Part shown: positions 39,385 through 51,192 of the stretch, one piece after another
Layout: every line of letters starts with the position of its first letter
Position numbering within the stretch: position 1 is the first letter of the stretch
Source: Mustelus asterias
Lineage: Eukaryota
Direction: 5' to 3'
Length of the DNA stretch: 64,000 bases
Assembly: GCF_964213995.1 (NCBI RefSeq)
Contig: NC_135808.1
Location: forward strand, 31,000,001-31,064,000
Translations under genes and position numbers: made by a program
The notes under the pieces: generated by a model
The model's input: only the letters and a program-made list of their open reading frames with translations
The model's database searches: none
Told to the model about the DNA's origin: nothing

Positions 39385-40080
39385 GTCACACAGAGATCTG
39401 GGAGTACATGTCCACAGACCCTTAAAAGTGGCAGCATGGGTGGAAAAGGTGGTGAAGAAAGCATATGGCATGCTTGCCTTCATTGGACAGAGTATGGAAT
39501 ACAAACGTTAGCAAATTATGTTACAGTTATATAAAACATTGGTTAGGCCACATTTGCAATACTGTGTCCAATTCTGGTCATCACATTACCAGAAGGACGT
39601 GGAGGCTTTGGAGAGAATACAGAAAATGTTTACCAGGATGGTGCCTGGTATGGAGCGTATTCGCTATGAGGAGAGATTGAATAAACTGGGATTGTTCTCC
39701 CTGGAAAGACGGAGGCTGAGGGGTGGCCTGATAGAATTTTACAAAATTATGAGGGGAATAGATCAGATGAACGTTTGGAAGCTTTTTCCCAGGGCAGAAA
39801 TGACAATTTCAAGGGAGTACGAGTTAAAGATAAGGGGGGAAAGGTTCAGTGGAGATGTGCGGGGGAAGTTTTTTTTACACGGAGGGTGGTGGGGGCCTGG
39901 ATTGCACTGCCAATTGAGGTGGTTGAGGCAAATACGACATTTAAGATTTATCTGGATAGACACATAAACAGACAGGGAATAGAGGAATATAAGCGGTTGG
40001 TCTAGATAGGACAATGTGATTGGCACAGGCTTGGAGGCCCGAAGCTCCTTTTCCTGTGCTGTACTGTTCTTTGTTCTTTA
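39385..40080 (+). mobile_element. CR1 3' fragment
   Basis: ORF 39518-39967 LYKTLVRPHLQYCVQFWS; (TTGTTCT) tail. Confidence 0.88.
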
Positions 40081-40819
40081 TATGCTGCCCCAAATCCCCA
40101 CCCTAGCTCACCTCGCCCCTCTGTTGGTTCCCCTATACCTGCCTGCCCTAATAGTCACAAAAAGGTAGTTGGATGAGATGTATTCGAGACAGCCGGTGAA
40201 AAAAAATCATTCATTCATCTTACACTATCAAATACTGAAATGTCCCCATGCCACTCCCCAACAGCCACTTTTACAGATTTCCCTGCTCCCGTTCGGGTCG
40301 GTTGATAAACTAGTGACAGATCGCTTGGCGAGCATGTTGTGTTATTCACCAAGACCTACTTCACGTCCGTAATCCATTGAAAGAAAATTCTAATCCAGAG
40401 TCACTCTAAAGAGGTCACAAAGATTTCAAAACACCCGCTTAAAACATGGGATACAGGTTCTTCAGTCCATTCAGTTTGCACAGTCATGTCTTCTTCAGAT
40501 GAACAAATATTCCTAATCGACCTGCCCTGATCCAAGGTTCCCTTAACTCCCTTTTCCTTCATCATCTTGACCAATCTAATCTTAAATCACATTCTTACGG
40601 TATAGAAGGAGACCATTCAGCCCATTGTGTCTGCAAAGGCTCTCCAAACGAGCATCATGACTTAGTTCCATTCCCATGCCCCTGATCTTTGGACCTCAGG
40701 TAATCATCTAATGCGATCTTGAATGTTGCAATTGAACCGACCTCCACCGCATTTCCAGGCAGTGCATTCCAGACCCCAACCATTCTGTGTCTGATAAAGA
40801 TGATTTTCTCATGTCACAC

Positions 40820-42557
40820 TTGCTTCTTCCGCAAACCCACAAGAGATGGGTGAGATCCTAAATGAGTATTTCTCATCAGTATTCACTGTTGAGAAAAGCA
40901 TGGATCTTAGGGAACTTTTGGAAGCAAATAGTGATGTCTTGAGGAGCGTACATATAACAGAGAAGGAGGTGCTGGAAGTCTTAAAGCGCATCAAGGTAGA
41001 TAAATCCCCAGGACCTGATGAAGTCTATCCCAGGACACTGTGGGAGGCCAGGGAGGAAATTGCGGGTTCCCTAGCAGAGATATTTGAATCATCAATAGTC
41101 ACAGGTGAGGTGCCTGAAGATTGGAAGGTGGCAAATTTTGTGCCTTTGTTTAAGAGTAGCTGCAGGGAAAAGCCTGGGAACGACAGGGCGGTGAGCCTCA
41201 CAGCTGTAGTGGGTAAGTTGTCAGAAGGTATTTTGAGAGATAGGATCTACAGGCATTTAGAGACGCAGAGACTGATTAGGGACATTAGCATAGCTTTGTG
41301 AGTGGAAAATCATTTCTCACAAATTAGATTGAGTTTTTTGAAGGGTAACCAAGAGGGCAGTGCAGTTGATGTTCTCTACATGGACTTTAGCAAGGCCTTT
41401 GACAAGTACCACATGGTAGGTTGTTGCATAAGGTTAAATCTCACAGGATCCAGGGTGAGGTAGCTAAATGGATACAAAATTGACTTGATGATAGAAGATA
41501 GAGAGTGGTTGTAGAGGGTTGTTTTTCAAACTGAATGCCTACGACCGGTGGTGTGCCTCAGTGTTGGGTCCACTGTTATTTGTCATTTATATTAATGATT
41601 TGGATGACAATTTAGTAGGAATGGCTAGTAAGTTTGCAGATGACACCAAGATTGGTGCCATAGTGAACAGTGAAGAAGGTTATCTAGGATTGCAACGGGA
41701 TCTTGATCAATTGGGCCAGTGGGCTGACGAATGCAGATGGAGTTTAATTTAGATAAATGCAAGGTGATGGATTTTGGTAGATTGAACCAGGGCAGGACTT
41801 ACTTAGTTAATGGTAGGGTGCTGGGGAGAGTTACAGAACAAAGAGATCTGGGGGTGCAGGTTCATAGCTCCTTGAAAGTGGAGTCACAGGTGGACAGGAT
41901 AATGAAGAAGGCTTTTGGCATGCTTGGTTTCATTGGTCAGAACATTGAAGACGGGAGTTGGGACGTCTTGTTGAAATTGTACAAGACATTGGTAAGGCCA
42001 CACTTGGAATACTGTGTACAGTTCTGGTCACCCTATTATAGAAAGGATATTATTAAACTAGAAAGAGTGCAGAAAAGATTTACTAGGATGCTACTGGGAC
42101 TTGATGGTTTGAGTTATAAGGAGAGGCTGGATAGACTGGGTCATTTTTCTCTGGAGCATAGGAGGCTTAGGAGTGATCTTATAGAGGTCTATAAAATTAT
42201 GAGGGGTATAGATCAGCTAGATCATCAATATCTTTTCCCAAAGGGAGGAGAGTCTAAAACTCGAGGTCATAGGTTTGAGGTGAGAGGGGAGAGATACAAA
42301 AGGGTCCAGAGGGGCAATTTTTTCACAGAGGGTGGTAAGTGTCTGGAACAAGCTGCCAGAGGTAGTAGTACAAGCGGGTACAATTTTGTCTTTTAGAAAG
42401 CCTTCAGACAGTTACATGGGTAAGATGGGTACAGAGGGATATGGGCCAAACATGAGCAATTGGGACTAGCTTAGGGGTTAATAAAAAGGGCAGCATGGGC
42501 AAGTTGGGCCAAAGGGCCTGTTTCCATGCTGTCAACCTCTATGACTCTATGACTATC
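40820..42557 (+). mobile_element. CR1 LINE, 5'-truncated and frameshifted
   Basis: ORFs 40846-41301, 41519-41752 (FADDTK) and 41731-42396; (CTATGA)n tail. Confidence 0.9.
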
Positions 42558-43277
42558 ACTCTAAATAACATTAACTCTTGATCCTGATAGGAATTGAATC
42601 AATTTTGCCCTATCTACTCCATCCACTCCCCTCCTGTACGAAGATGGGATTAGAAAGGGCACCTGTCTGGTTGCTATGGACCAGATGGAATGAAAGGCCC
42701 CCTTATGTGCTATATCCTTTCTGTGATTCTCTGATTTGATAGTTTTGAATATCTTTATCAAATCTCCTTTTTGCCTTCTCATCTCCGAGGAAAACATTTC
42801 CATCCTCTCCAACCTATCCTCCTACCTGAAATTTCTCATGGCTGGAACCATTCCTGTAAATATTGGCAGAATGTTTCTCTCAAGTTCTATCACTCCTTAT
42901 CTTAATAGCTTAAACTGTCTGGATAGCTCTCGTTATTGAGACACCCACTACTTGCGACAGTGCACACCTGAGGTAGGCAGCATCTTAGTGAATCTGGTCT
43001 GTAGCTTTCCTAATGCTGAATGAGACCGTATGATGGGAAGCTCAACACTGCACACAGTGCTCTAACTGATGCTGTATTGAGAATAGATTTAACCTTATCA
43101 TTACTACTTCCATTCGAAACTAATTCCTCGATGAAAGTACAGTCTTTAGGCAAGTTAAGCCATGGGACATTTGACCCCGTCATAACTGATATTTTCACTC
43201 TAAATTTAATCACACTTCTGGGTGAGAAACGATGATCTGCAAAATGTCTGCTTTTTTTTTACATGTCCATGCCTTAC

Positions 43278-43382
43278 CTCTTCGCCTTCTCCATTTTATA
43301 TATATGAAAACAATGACTGCCAGTAACACCACCACTACTGCGACAATCAGTCCTATGTGTTTGTCTTTCTTCATCTTTCCTT
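43278..43382 (-). CDS. MHC class I-like gene: connecting peptide/transmembrane exon
   Basis: tatttcag|(E)GKMKKDKHIGLIVAVVVVLLAVIVFIYIKWRRRR+G|gtaagg; 105 nt, phase 1-1; hydrophobic span followed by a basic stop-transfer; in frame with alpha3. Confidence 0.88.
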
Positions 43383-44439
43383 CTGAAATATATTGAAAGG
43401 ATTTATTAAATATAATTTTCTATGCAAATAGGCAATCCTATATTACACTTCTGACACTGTTCATGTTATATGATGATAGAGGTTTTAATGTGAATAGTAT
43501 CCCATTACCATTTAGTTCATCATATATTATTGTATTTAGGAGGTAGGACATGGAGGAAGAGTATGTAGCCTGATGGGTATTCATAAAGGCAAACTGAAGA
43601 CGTCAGCAAAGCCTGCTGGTTAAAAGAGCTAACTCTATATGAAGCTAAGTACTGTGAGAGCAGCAAAGAATAAATACAGGAATCGATTGGACAGTGGCCC
43701 TTGCGTGTCGTATTCCTGAGAGAATTACGATCCGTGACAGAGGCATAACACTTGAGCACTCATGACCAAGACCACAGTAATTGATTAGTGTCTGTCCTGT
43801 GAATATGTTACTGGAAGCATGGTCTGTGGCAGCAACATCTGTATGAGAAGAAGAGATTCAGAGACATTGACAACAGTGACCCGGGATCACCCACTGCAGA
43901 ACAAGCAGCAAGACACCAAGTTTGGGACTCTGGGACATCAGAACAAAGCCCATCAGTAGGGGAATCCAATCAGTTGGCCTCACCTCACATAGGATTTCTA
44001 ATTCCAAGTCGTGAGTTTGGATATTTTGTGAAGCTTTCATACCCTTTGAATACCTTGTGGAGAATGAAGTAGGTCAGCGGTTAGTTACTTTGTAATTAAC
44101 GAAGTCAGAGTTTAGACGTTTTGTGCATAATGAAGTAAAGGCAGAGGTTGAATAATGTGTATCTAATGAAGTTAGATGCCTGGCATGCTAAAGTTTTGTA
44201 GTACAGTTTGATACTTTTGTGGTAACATGGTAAAGTCATAGGAGATTTGTTGTGCAATACTTTGAGAGATTGAGTGTCTTTGTCCACAGCATCAGTTGAC
44301 CCAAATTCGAGAGCAATGAGTAAGAATTGGGATTTGTGAGGAGAGGAAGGAGGGAAAAGAAAGGACTGGCAAAAGAGTAAGCAAGTCAGAGAGAGAAAAT
44401 AGGAATGAGTAAGTGCCACATTATAGGAAGGATGTGATT

Positions 44440-44912
44440 GCACTAGAGAGGGTGCAGAGAAGATTCACCAGGATGCAGTCTGGGCTGGAGGGTCTGACCT
44501 ATGAGGAAAGATTGGATAGGCTGGCGTTGTTTTCCTTAGTACAGTGAAGATTCAGAGGGGACCAGATAGAAGTGTATAACATTATGACAGACACTGATAT
44601 GGTAGGTAGGGAGGTACTTTTTCCATTAGTAGAAGGGTCAATAACAAAGAGGCATAGATTTAAGGTCAGAAGTAGAAGAGTGGAGTTGAGGAGAAACAGA
44701 GGAAGCTGGGAGTCTGGAACTCATTGCCTTAAAGGGTAGTTGGGTCAGAAACTCTCCTAACATTTAACAAATTATTCGATATTCACTTACGCTACCATAA
44801 CCTCCAGGGCCTTGGGCCAAGCGCTAGAAAATGGGTGTAGTGCAGTGAGCTCTTTGTTGACCAGCATGGACACGATGGGCCAAATAGCCTCATTCTGTGC
44901 TGTAAATATCTA
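44440..44912 (+). mobile_element. Old CR1 3' fragment (MHC intron)
   Basis: gagagggtgcagagaagattcaccaggatg...; CR1 3' UTR. Confidence 0.75.
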
Positions 44913-45272
44913 TAAATGTATAGGTGGGGGTAGGAGCTGATGGCTGGAAGGGAGGTAGCTAGGAAAGGTAAGATTCAACTGGCCAGGATGTTTCTCTATT
45001 TAATGTTGGAATATTATCATCCGAAATCCATCCACAACTCTGCGCATTATGTGCAGATCCACAGCTTGAAATGTTCATGGCATTCGAAGGGTGACAAGGT
45101 GAGTTACCCTGCGAGTTACCCAGCAACATAGTGGAAGACAAAGAGAGGGAGGGATATATGCAGGAGGCTGGTCAGTCTTTGTTTTTGTTCAGTACTGAAC
45201 TGACAATCAACACAATGCTAAACATTCCCATGTGCTATGATATAACATTAGGTGCGACCCGCTCACTGCCAA

Positions 45273-45468
45273 TCGGCGGCACGGTGGCACAGTGGTTAGT
45301 ACTGCTGCTTCACAGTGCCAGGGTTGCCCCTTAATGCCAGAGGGTTTAACAGGGTAAATATATGGGATTACAGGGATAAAGATTGGGTGGGATTGTTTCC
45401 GGTGCAGGCTCATTGGACCAAATAGCCGCCTCCTGCACTGTAGGAATTCTATGATTCTATTCTATGAA
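45273..45468 (+). mobile_element. Internally deleted V-SINE
   Basis: Head ggcggcacggtggcacagtggttag joined directly to the tail; (TTCTA/TGA) end. Confidence 0.75.
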
Positions 45469-46275
45469 TCTATCATCAAAGTGACACGTTCACAAATTGG
45501 TGCAGAAACTTTGAAACCTTGACAGCTCTCAGCAGTTTCAAAGTTAGCTGACAGACAGACGGGTAGAAACAAAGATGGAAGTGTGTAAAATGCAGCGAAA
45601 TGAGCAGCTCGTCATGAATGCATTTAAGATGGAGATAGATAGTTTCTTGGTTGGTAAGGGGATCAAAGGTTACGGGGAAAAGGCGGGAGAATGGGATTGA
45701 GAAACATATCAGCCATGATCAAAAGGCGGAGCACACGTGATGTGCCGAACGGCCTAATTCTGTTCTTATATCTTATGGTCTTATGAGCTGGTCAATGTGA
45801 TCGCACGATTCAAAGCATTGTCCCCTGGGAATGGGGGGGGGGGGGGGGGGGGCCTTTCAGCAACTTTCACAGCCAACTGCAGACAGTGGAGAATAATGTT
45901 TCCGAGAACCAAAAGATATCCGAGGCAGACAGTGGGATACCAGTACATGTGGTGAATGTAGTGCTCCACAGGCTAACCATGGGCCTCACTATGGAGGGTG
46001 AAGTCTACGCTGCCTACGAAATCTGCAAAACTACCTTGCCCAAGAAGGAACTCAGCTCTCGAACATACCTAACTCGATGTTTCTTCCAAAGCCTCCCCCC
46101 CCCCCCCCTCCGTCAAACCGTTAAGCGGTAAAATCTCAGGGGACTGGACAGCTCCCTGTTTTTGTCTATTTGGTGATAAAGCTTGTATGACAAAGAAATA
46201 ATGTGAGTTATCGAAAAGAAAATGGTTGGGTCCGCACATGCTGGACTACAACATCATCAGGAAATGTGTCCTCAC

Positions 46276-46542
46276 CCCAAGCAACAGTCTTCCCACCCGG
46301 CAAGCTGCTGTGTTCAATGTGACAGCAATACTGCTTCCCATCATACGGGTCAAACTGGAGGGTTGTAGTCAGTTGGTAGGTTCCGTCTTCATTGGGCAGC
46401 AAGCCGGTAGATTTGGTCTCGGGGACTTGTAATCCATTCTTCAGCCAGGTCACATTGATGGACTGTGGGTGAAATCCACGCACGGCGCAGTGTAGGAACC
46501 AACCAGGCCCTTCCCTGGCAGTGACTGAAACCTGGGGAATAA
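46276..46542 (-). CDS. MHC class I-like gene: alpha3 (Ig C1) exon
   Basis: ctctcatccag|(V)IPQVSVTAREGPGWFLHCAVRGFHPQSINVTWLKNG...LLPNEDGTYQLTTTLQF..YCCHIEHSSLPGGKTVAW+G|gtgagg; 267 nt; C1-set C-x-V-x-GF-x-P, W and YxCxxxH motifs. Confidence 0.95.
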
Positions 46543-46689
46543 CTGGATGAGAGACTGAGAATTACTTTCAAGTAATGTGCAAACCGGACATTGTACTATG
46601 AAATCGAGTGGGAAGCTTAGCTTTTTGCTTCCAATGTGAAACAGGCAACATCGAATCAGCCATCTGTTATAAGACGCAGAGAACGTCTC

Positions 46690-47290
46690 CAATGTCATAG
46701 AATCATAGGGTGCAGAAAAGGCTCTTCGACCCATCAAATGTGCATCGACACGTGTGAAGCACCTGACCTCCCACCTAATCCCATTTACCATAACTTGGCC
46801 CATAGCCTTGAATGTTACGCCGTGTCATGTGCTCATCAGATATTTTCTAAAGGATGTGCGGCAACTCGCTCTCCCACCCTCCCAGGCAGTACATTCCAGA
46901 CCCTCACAATCCCCTGGCTAAAAGGTGTATCCTCACCTTCCCACTAAACCTTCTGCCCCTCACCTTGAACTTGTGTCCTCTTGTGACTTACTCTTCAGCT
47001 AAGGGGAATAGCTGCTCCTTAGCCACTCGTAATCTTGTATACTCAATCAGGTCGCAGCTCAGTCTCTCTGCTCCAACAACCCAAGCCTATCCGGCCTCTC
47101 GTCACAACCTAAATGTTCCATTCTGGGCAACATCCTGGTGAATCTCCTCTGCACGCCTTCCAGTGCAATCACATCCTTCCTGTAATGTAGCATCCAGAAC
47201 TACACACAGTCCTCTAGTGGCATCCTCACCAAAGTTCTATACAACTCTAACATGACTTTGCTGCTTTTGTAATCATTGCCTCATCTATTG
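46690..47290 (-). mobile_element. CR1 3' fragment filling most of the alpha2-alpha3 intron
   Basis: catagaatcatag tail; caacatcctggtgaatctcctctgcac core. Confidence 0.75.
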
Positions 47291-47339
47291 TATTCAAACA
47301 GCCGGCTTATAACTGACCACCATGCTGCCCTCAACTTAC

Positions 47340-47615
47340 CTTTTCTGGTGAGGGATGTGTTTCCAAAAGCATAGTATGTCCACCACAGATTCACACAATC
47401 CTTTTCGAGCAGGCTCTTGAAATAAAGGCTCATGTCTTTCAGTTTATCCCACTTCGCTTTTAATTCCTCAGCGACTGGATCATGTGCAGTCCAAACCAAG
47501 GTGTTTATATCAAAGCTCAAGATGTACCTCCCATCGAAAGCGAACTTCAAAATCCCACTGCTCGCTTTGTTACCATTCAGCTCACAGCCAAACAGTCCTT
47601 GTACGTAATGGATAC
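47340..47615 (-). CDS. MHC class I-like gene: alpha2 exon
   Basis: ccatttcag|(S)IHYVQGLFGCELNGNKASSGILKFAFDGRYILSFDINTLVWTAHDPVAEELKAKWDKLKDMSLYFKSLLEKDCVNLWWTYYAFGNTSLTRK+G|gtaagt; 276 nt; H93, Q96, GC101, D119-G120, W133, K146-W147 and C164 (HLA numbering by eye). Confidence 0.95.
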
Positions 47616-47908
47616 CTGAAATGGCAATTCAGTCGATGGATGCTTAAATCTTTCTCACAGTTATTTACATCAAATGTGAGAATTTCTCCTTCACTCAATG
47701 TGCATTGTCTTTCGATGGTTATTAAAGCTGTAATAGGTACACAAACCCTTATGCAATACAACACTGTCCCCAGGTCCAGTATATCTAGAATTGGATTCAA
47801 ATAAAGATGAGCGCAAATGGAGAGAAGTGTGAAGTGATCCATTTTCGGAGGAAAACTATGGAAAGACATTGTAAGATAAAGGATTCACTCTAATGGGGGT
47901 GCAGAAGT

Positions 47909-48205
47909 GCACGGTGGCACAATGGTTAGCACTGCTGCCTCACAGTGCCAGGGACCTGGGTTCAAATTCCAGCTTGGATCACTTGCTGTATAGAGTCTGC
48001 ACGTTCTCCCCATGTCTGCGTGGGTTTCCTGTGGGTGCTCCGCTTTCCTCCTACAGCCTGACAGACATCCTGGTCAAATGAACTGGCCATGTTGAATTCT
48101 CCCTCAGTGTGCCCAGACAGGTCCCGGAGTGTGACGACTTGGGGACTTTCACAGTAACTTCATTGCAGTGTTAACGTAATCCTACTTGTGAAATTAATAA
48201 ATCAA
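47909..48205 (+). mobile_element. V-SINE (MHC intron)
   Basis: A/B boxes, V core. Confidence 0.82.
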
Positions 48206-48271
48206 CGTAAACTAGAATCAGAAGGACCTGGGTGTTTTGTCCATTAGTTATGAAAGTGGCAGGACAGGTTA

Positions 48272-48826
48272 CATAGATTCATAGTATCCCTACAGTGCAA
48301 ATGGAGTCCATTCAGTCCATCGAGCCTACACCAACAACAACCCAGGCACTATCCCCACAATACCATGTAACTGAAAAATCTCAGTCGGTCTGACAGCATC
48401 TGTGGGAAGAGAATAGAGCCAACGCTTCATGTATAGATGGCCCTTTGTCAGAACTGTTCTGAAGAAAGAAAACCGTTCTGATGAAGGGTCATCCAGACTC
48501 GAAACATTGGCTCTATTCTCTCCTCACAGATGCTGTTAGACCTGCTGAGATTTTGCAGCATTTTCTGTTTTAGTTTCAGATTCCAGCATCCATAGTATTT
48601 TTCTTTTACCTCACGTATTTACCCTGCTAATACCCCTGACACTCAAGGGCCAATTGAACACAGCCAATCAACCTAACCCACCCAACTTTGAAGCGTGGGA
48701 GGAAACCAGAGCACCCACAGGAAATCCACACAGGGAGAACATGCAAACTGTACACAGAAAGTCACTGAAGTCGGGTCCCTAGCACTGTAAGGTAGCAGTA
48801 CTAACTATTATGCCACCGTGCCGTCC
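48272..48826 (-). mobile_element. V-SINE interrupted by a palindromic Penelope-like terminal-repeat insertion (about 48371-48608)
   Basis: SINE tail 48272-48370 and head 48610-48826; between them, inverted arms at about 48371-48454 and 48475-48560. Confidence 0.75.
48475..48511 (+). ncRNA. Minimal hammerhead-like motif (Penelope-derived), partly decayed
   Basis: GTT-CTGATGA-A-GGGTC-ATCCA-GACTC-GAAA-CATT-GGC; core boxes and stem II intact, stem III palindrome imperfect. Confidence 0.6.
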
Positions 48827-48829
48827 ATC

Positions 48830-49436
48830 ATGGGAGCAGTAAATAACGCAGATGGTATCTTGGGTTTTATTGATGGGAGGATAATATACAAGAGGTTACA
48901 CTAAATTTGCTGATGTAACCATTTTGGCCTCAGTTTCCAGCTCTGGCACAATACTTTGAATACATTCGAGATGGTGCAGAAAATATTACAAGAATGATTC
49001 GAGGGATGAAGAGATTCAATTATGAAGATAAATTGGATAAGTTTGAACAGTTTAATCTGGGAAAATGGTTGAGAGGAAATTCCAAATCACAAGAGGTCTG
49101 GACAGAATAGATAGGGAGAAGCTCTTCTCGCTGCTGGAAGGATCCAAAAGGAAAGGGCACAGATTTAATGTAATTAATAAAGAAGCAAGGAGAAACTTTT
49201 TCATGGAATGAGTTGTTAGGCGTTGCAATGCTCTGTCTGAGAGCATGGTGAAGGTGGGTTCAACTGAAGCATTCAAAGAGGAATGAGACTACTTTCTGAA
49301 AAGGAAGCAAGCGCAGGGTTCTGGAGAGAAGTGTTTCAGGGGGATTGGTGCCAGATGAGTTACTTAATCGGAGTGCCGTTGCTGAAACGATAGGCCAAAG
49401 GACCACCTTCTGTGCAATAACCATTCTGTGATTCCA
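48830..49436 (+). mobile_element. Old CR1 3' fragment
   Basis: Decayed LEMVQK..TRMI / FFME.VVR.CN-type coding remnants and 3' UTR. Confidence 0.65.
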
Positions 49437-49574
49437 TGAGAAGCAAACGAGAGTGTGAGAATGTCAACCGCATGGAAATTCAGGCAGGTAGTATAATGGG
49501 TGACTCACTAACCCCCAAAGTTAATAAAAATGCCCCTGTCGGTCACTCCATTGACCTGAAATTAATTAACTCAC

Positions 49575-49835
49575 TTGCTGTTTGGTTTTCCTCCCGCAAC
49601 CAACTGTCAAACTGTCCCTTGATGATTCCGTGGAAACCAGCTTCAGTGATGGTGCAATGTTCCCAGTAGTTCTTGTTAAATGCTTCCGCCATCCATTTTT
49701 GCCTTGGAACAATTGTGCTGATAGTGTTGTCATAATAATCTGTCTCGCAGCCATCCAAAAGCCCTATAACACTGTACTGTGGGAGATCCGCAAGCCCGTG
49801 GCTCAGGATGTACTGATAGAGCAGAGAGTGAGACG
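49575..49835 (-). CDS. MHC class I-like gene: alpha1 exon
   Basis: ttgtcctag|xSHSLLYQYILSHGLADLPQYSVIGLLDGCETDYYDNTISTIVPRQKWMAEAFNKNYWEHCTITEAGFHGIIKGQFDSWLREENQTA+A|gtgagt; 261 nt; H3, Y7, G26, D29, PRxxWM, Y59-W60 and the N86 sequon NQT. Confidence 0.95.
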
Positions 49836-50394
49836 CTAGGACAAATTTTAAAAGAGAGAACATTCTCATTGACAAATCAAACATTAGGAACATCAGCTGG
49901 CGGAACAACTTGGGAAAGAGTTTGAAATGAGAGGACAATCCCAAATATTTTACACAGGAAAATGTAAATCGTGAGCGAAGACATCAATGCGGTGACGGCA
50001 AAATGAGCAAATTCTATCCACTTCCATGTTTATTTCCATTTTCAAGATAAAGATGATTTGAATAAATTACTTCAATCATCTAATTTATCTACTCAACTTT
50101 TAACTTAATCGCTCAGCAATGGGAAGTTTCTGTCAACTTAGTGAGGCACTGCGCCCAGCATTACAAAGCCATAGAGCAGGAGTTCCCAAACTGGGTCTCC
50201 TTGAAGGGTCTCCAAGGGGGTCCACAAAGCTGACGGCCGCCATGTGACCACCAAACGCAGGTTCAAAGGAGCAAAGTTTTAAAGTAATTAGAAAAATCAA
50301 ATCGCCCAATCAGGACAAGGTCTCTGGGAGCACTGGATGCTGACAGGCTGAGGATTTTCCTTGTTGTTAGCCCACAATTCCTGTGTTTTGTGTT

Positions 50395-51192
50395 TGTGAC
50401 GTTAGTGTACCTTTAAGAGTTTTTTTAAAAATCATATTCTCTGTAGCTCTCAGCTGATGTCATTGATGCCAAGTTGGCTGGAGAGGTCCTTTCATTGCTC
50501 CTTAAGTGGCTTAATGGGGGTTGTTAATTTTTACAATGGAATTAGTTTTATTACCCTGCATTGTTAGGGGGAAGTGTGTTTGCAGGTCAGGTGACAGTAG
50601 CTCTTTCTTTTTAAGTCTTGAGCTGCAGCATTTAGTCTGAGAAGCGGCATGAAGCTGAAAAAAAGTCTCTCCCTCTCCCGGTTTTTGAAGTTCTGCTGCA
50701 TAGCTGAAAGCAATGCATCTTCTCTTCCTGAAGGAAAGATTGTGCTGTTGGTGGCTTGACTCCCCTCTCTCCCTGGTGTTTTGGGAAGCTATTCTGACTT
50801 CAAACTGTTCTGAGTCTGTCAAGAGAACTGCAGAATACATCCAAAGGACACAATTCCACTATCACATGAGCATTAGCCTTTGCTGTGTTGAACCTGTTTA
50901 AAGGGATGTTTATGGGATTGGTTTTCATTGGAACATCTTAGATCTATTTGTTGAGGGTTATACATTATTGCGGTTGTTTTGTTTTTGTTTGTAATTGATT
51001 AAAGATATTGCTAATTTTCCTTCCATACATGACAACGATATTCTTAAACAAACTTTGTTTGATAAGTGGGTCATTTGAATCATACCTGAAGTGAAACCGA
51101 TCATGCTTATCCTGGCCAAATTCAAAATGCAAAACTCATGATCAAGGCAGGCTCCATAAAACACTTTTGAGTTTCTGACCTGAACCATAACA
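50395..51192 (+). mobile_element. Solo LTR (798 bp), probably Gypsy-type
   Basis: TGTGAC...ATAACA termini; 4-bp TSD TGTT at 50391-50394 and 51193-51196; ATTAAA at 50998-51003; orientation inferred. Confidence 0.72.

Noticed and set aside
40224-40234. 11-nt candidate cytoplasmic mini-exon on -
   Set aside because: Weak acceptor and too short to support.
43858-44040. Hydrophobic ORF as the MHC TM exon
   Set aside because: No splice support; 43382-43278 fits far better.
45833-45852. Long poly-G/poly-C runs (also about 5153, 20912, 35300, 46095 and 61136) as functional G-quadruplexes
   Set aside because: Most sit within repeats, homopolymer lengths are error-prone, and there is no independent support.
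49836-49944. Hydrophobic ORF extension upstream of alpha1 as a fused signal peptide
   Set aside because: It is the translated polypyrimidine tract before a canonical acceptor. The track's start is a non-ATG codon, and class I leaders are normally a separate exon. Internal ATGs exist, so it is not fully excluded.
50177-50195. CAGGAGTTCCCAAACTGGG resembling a hAT/Charlie terminal repeat
   Set aside because: No matching second end or TSD was found.
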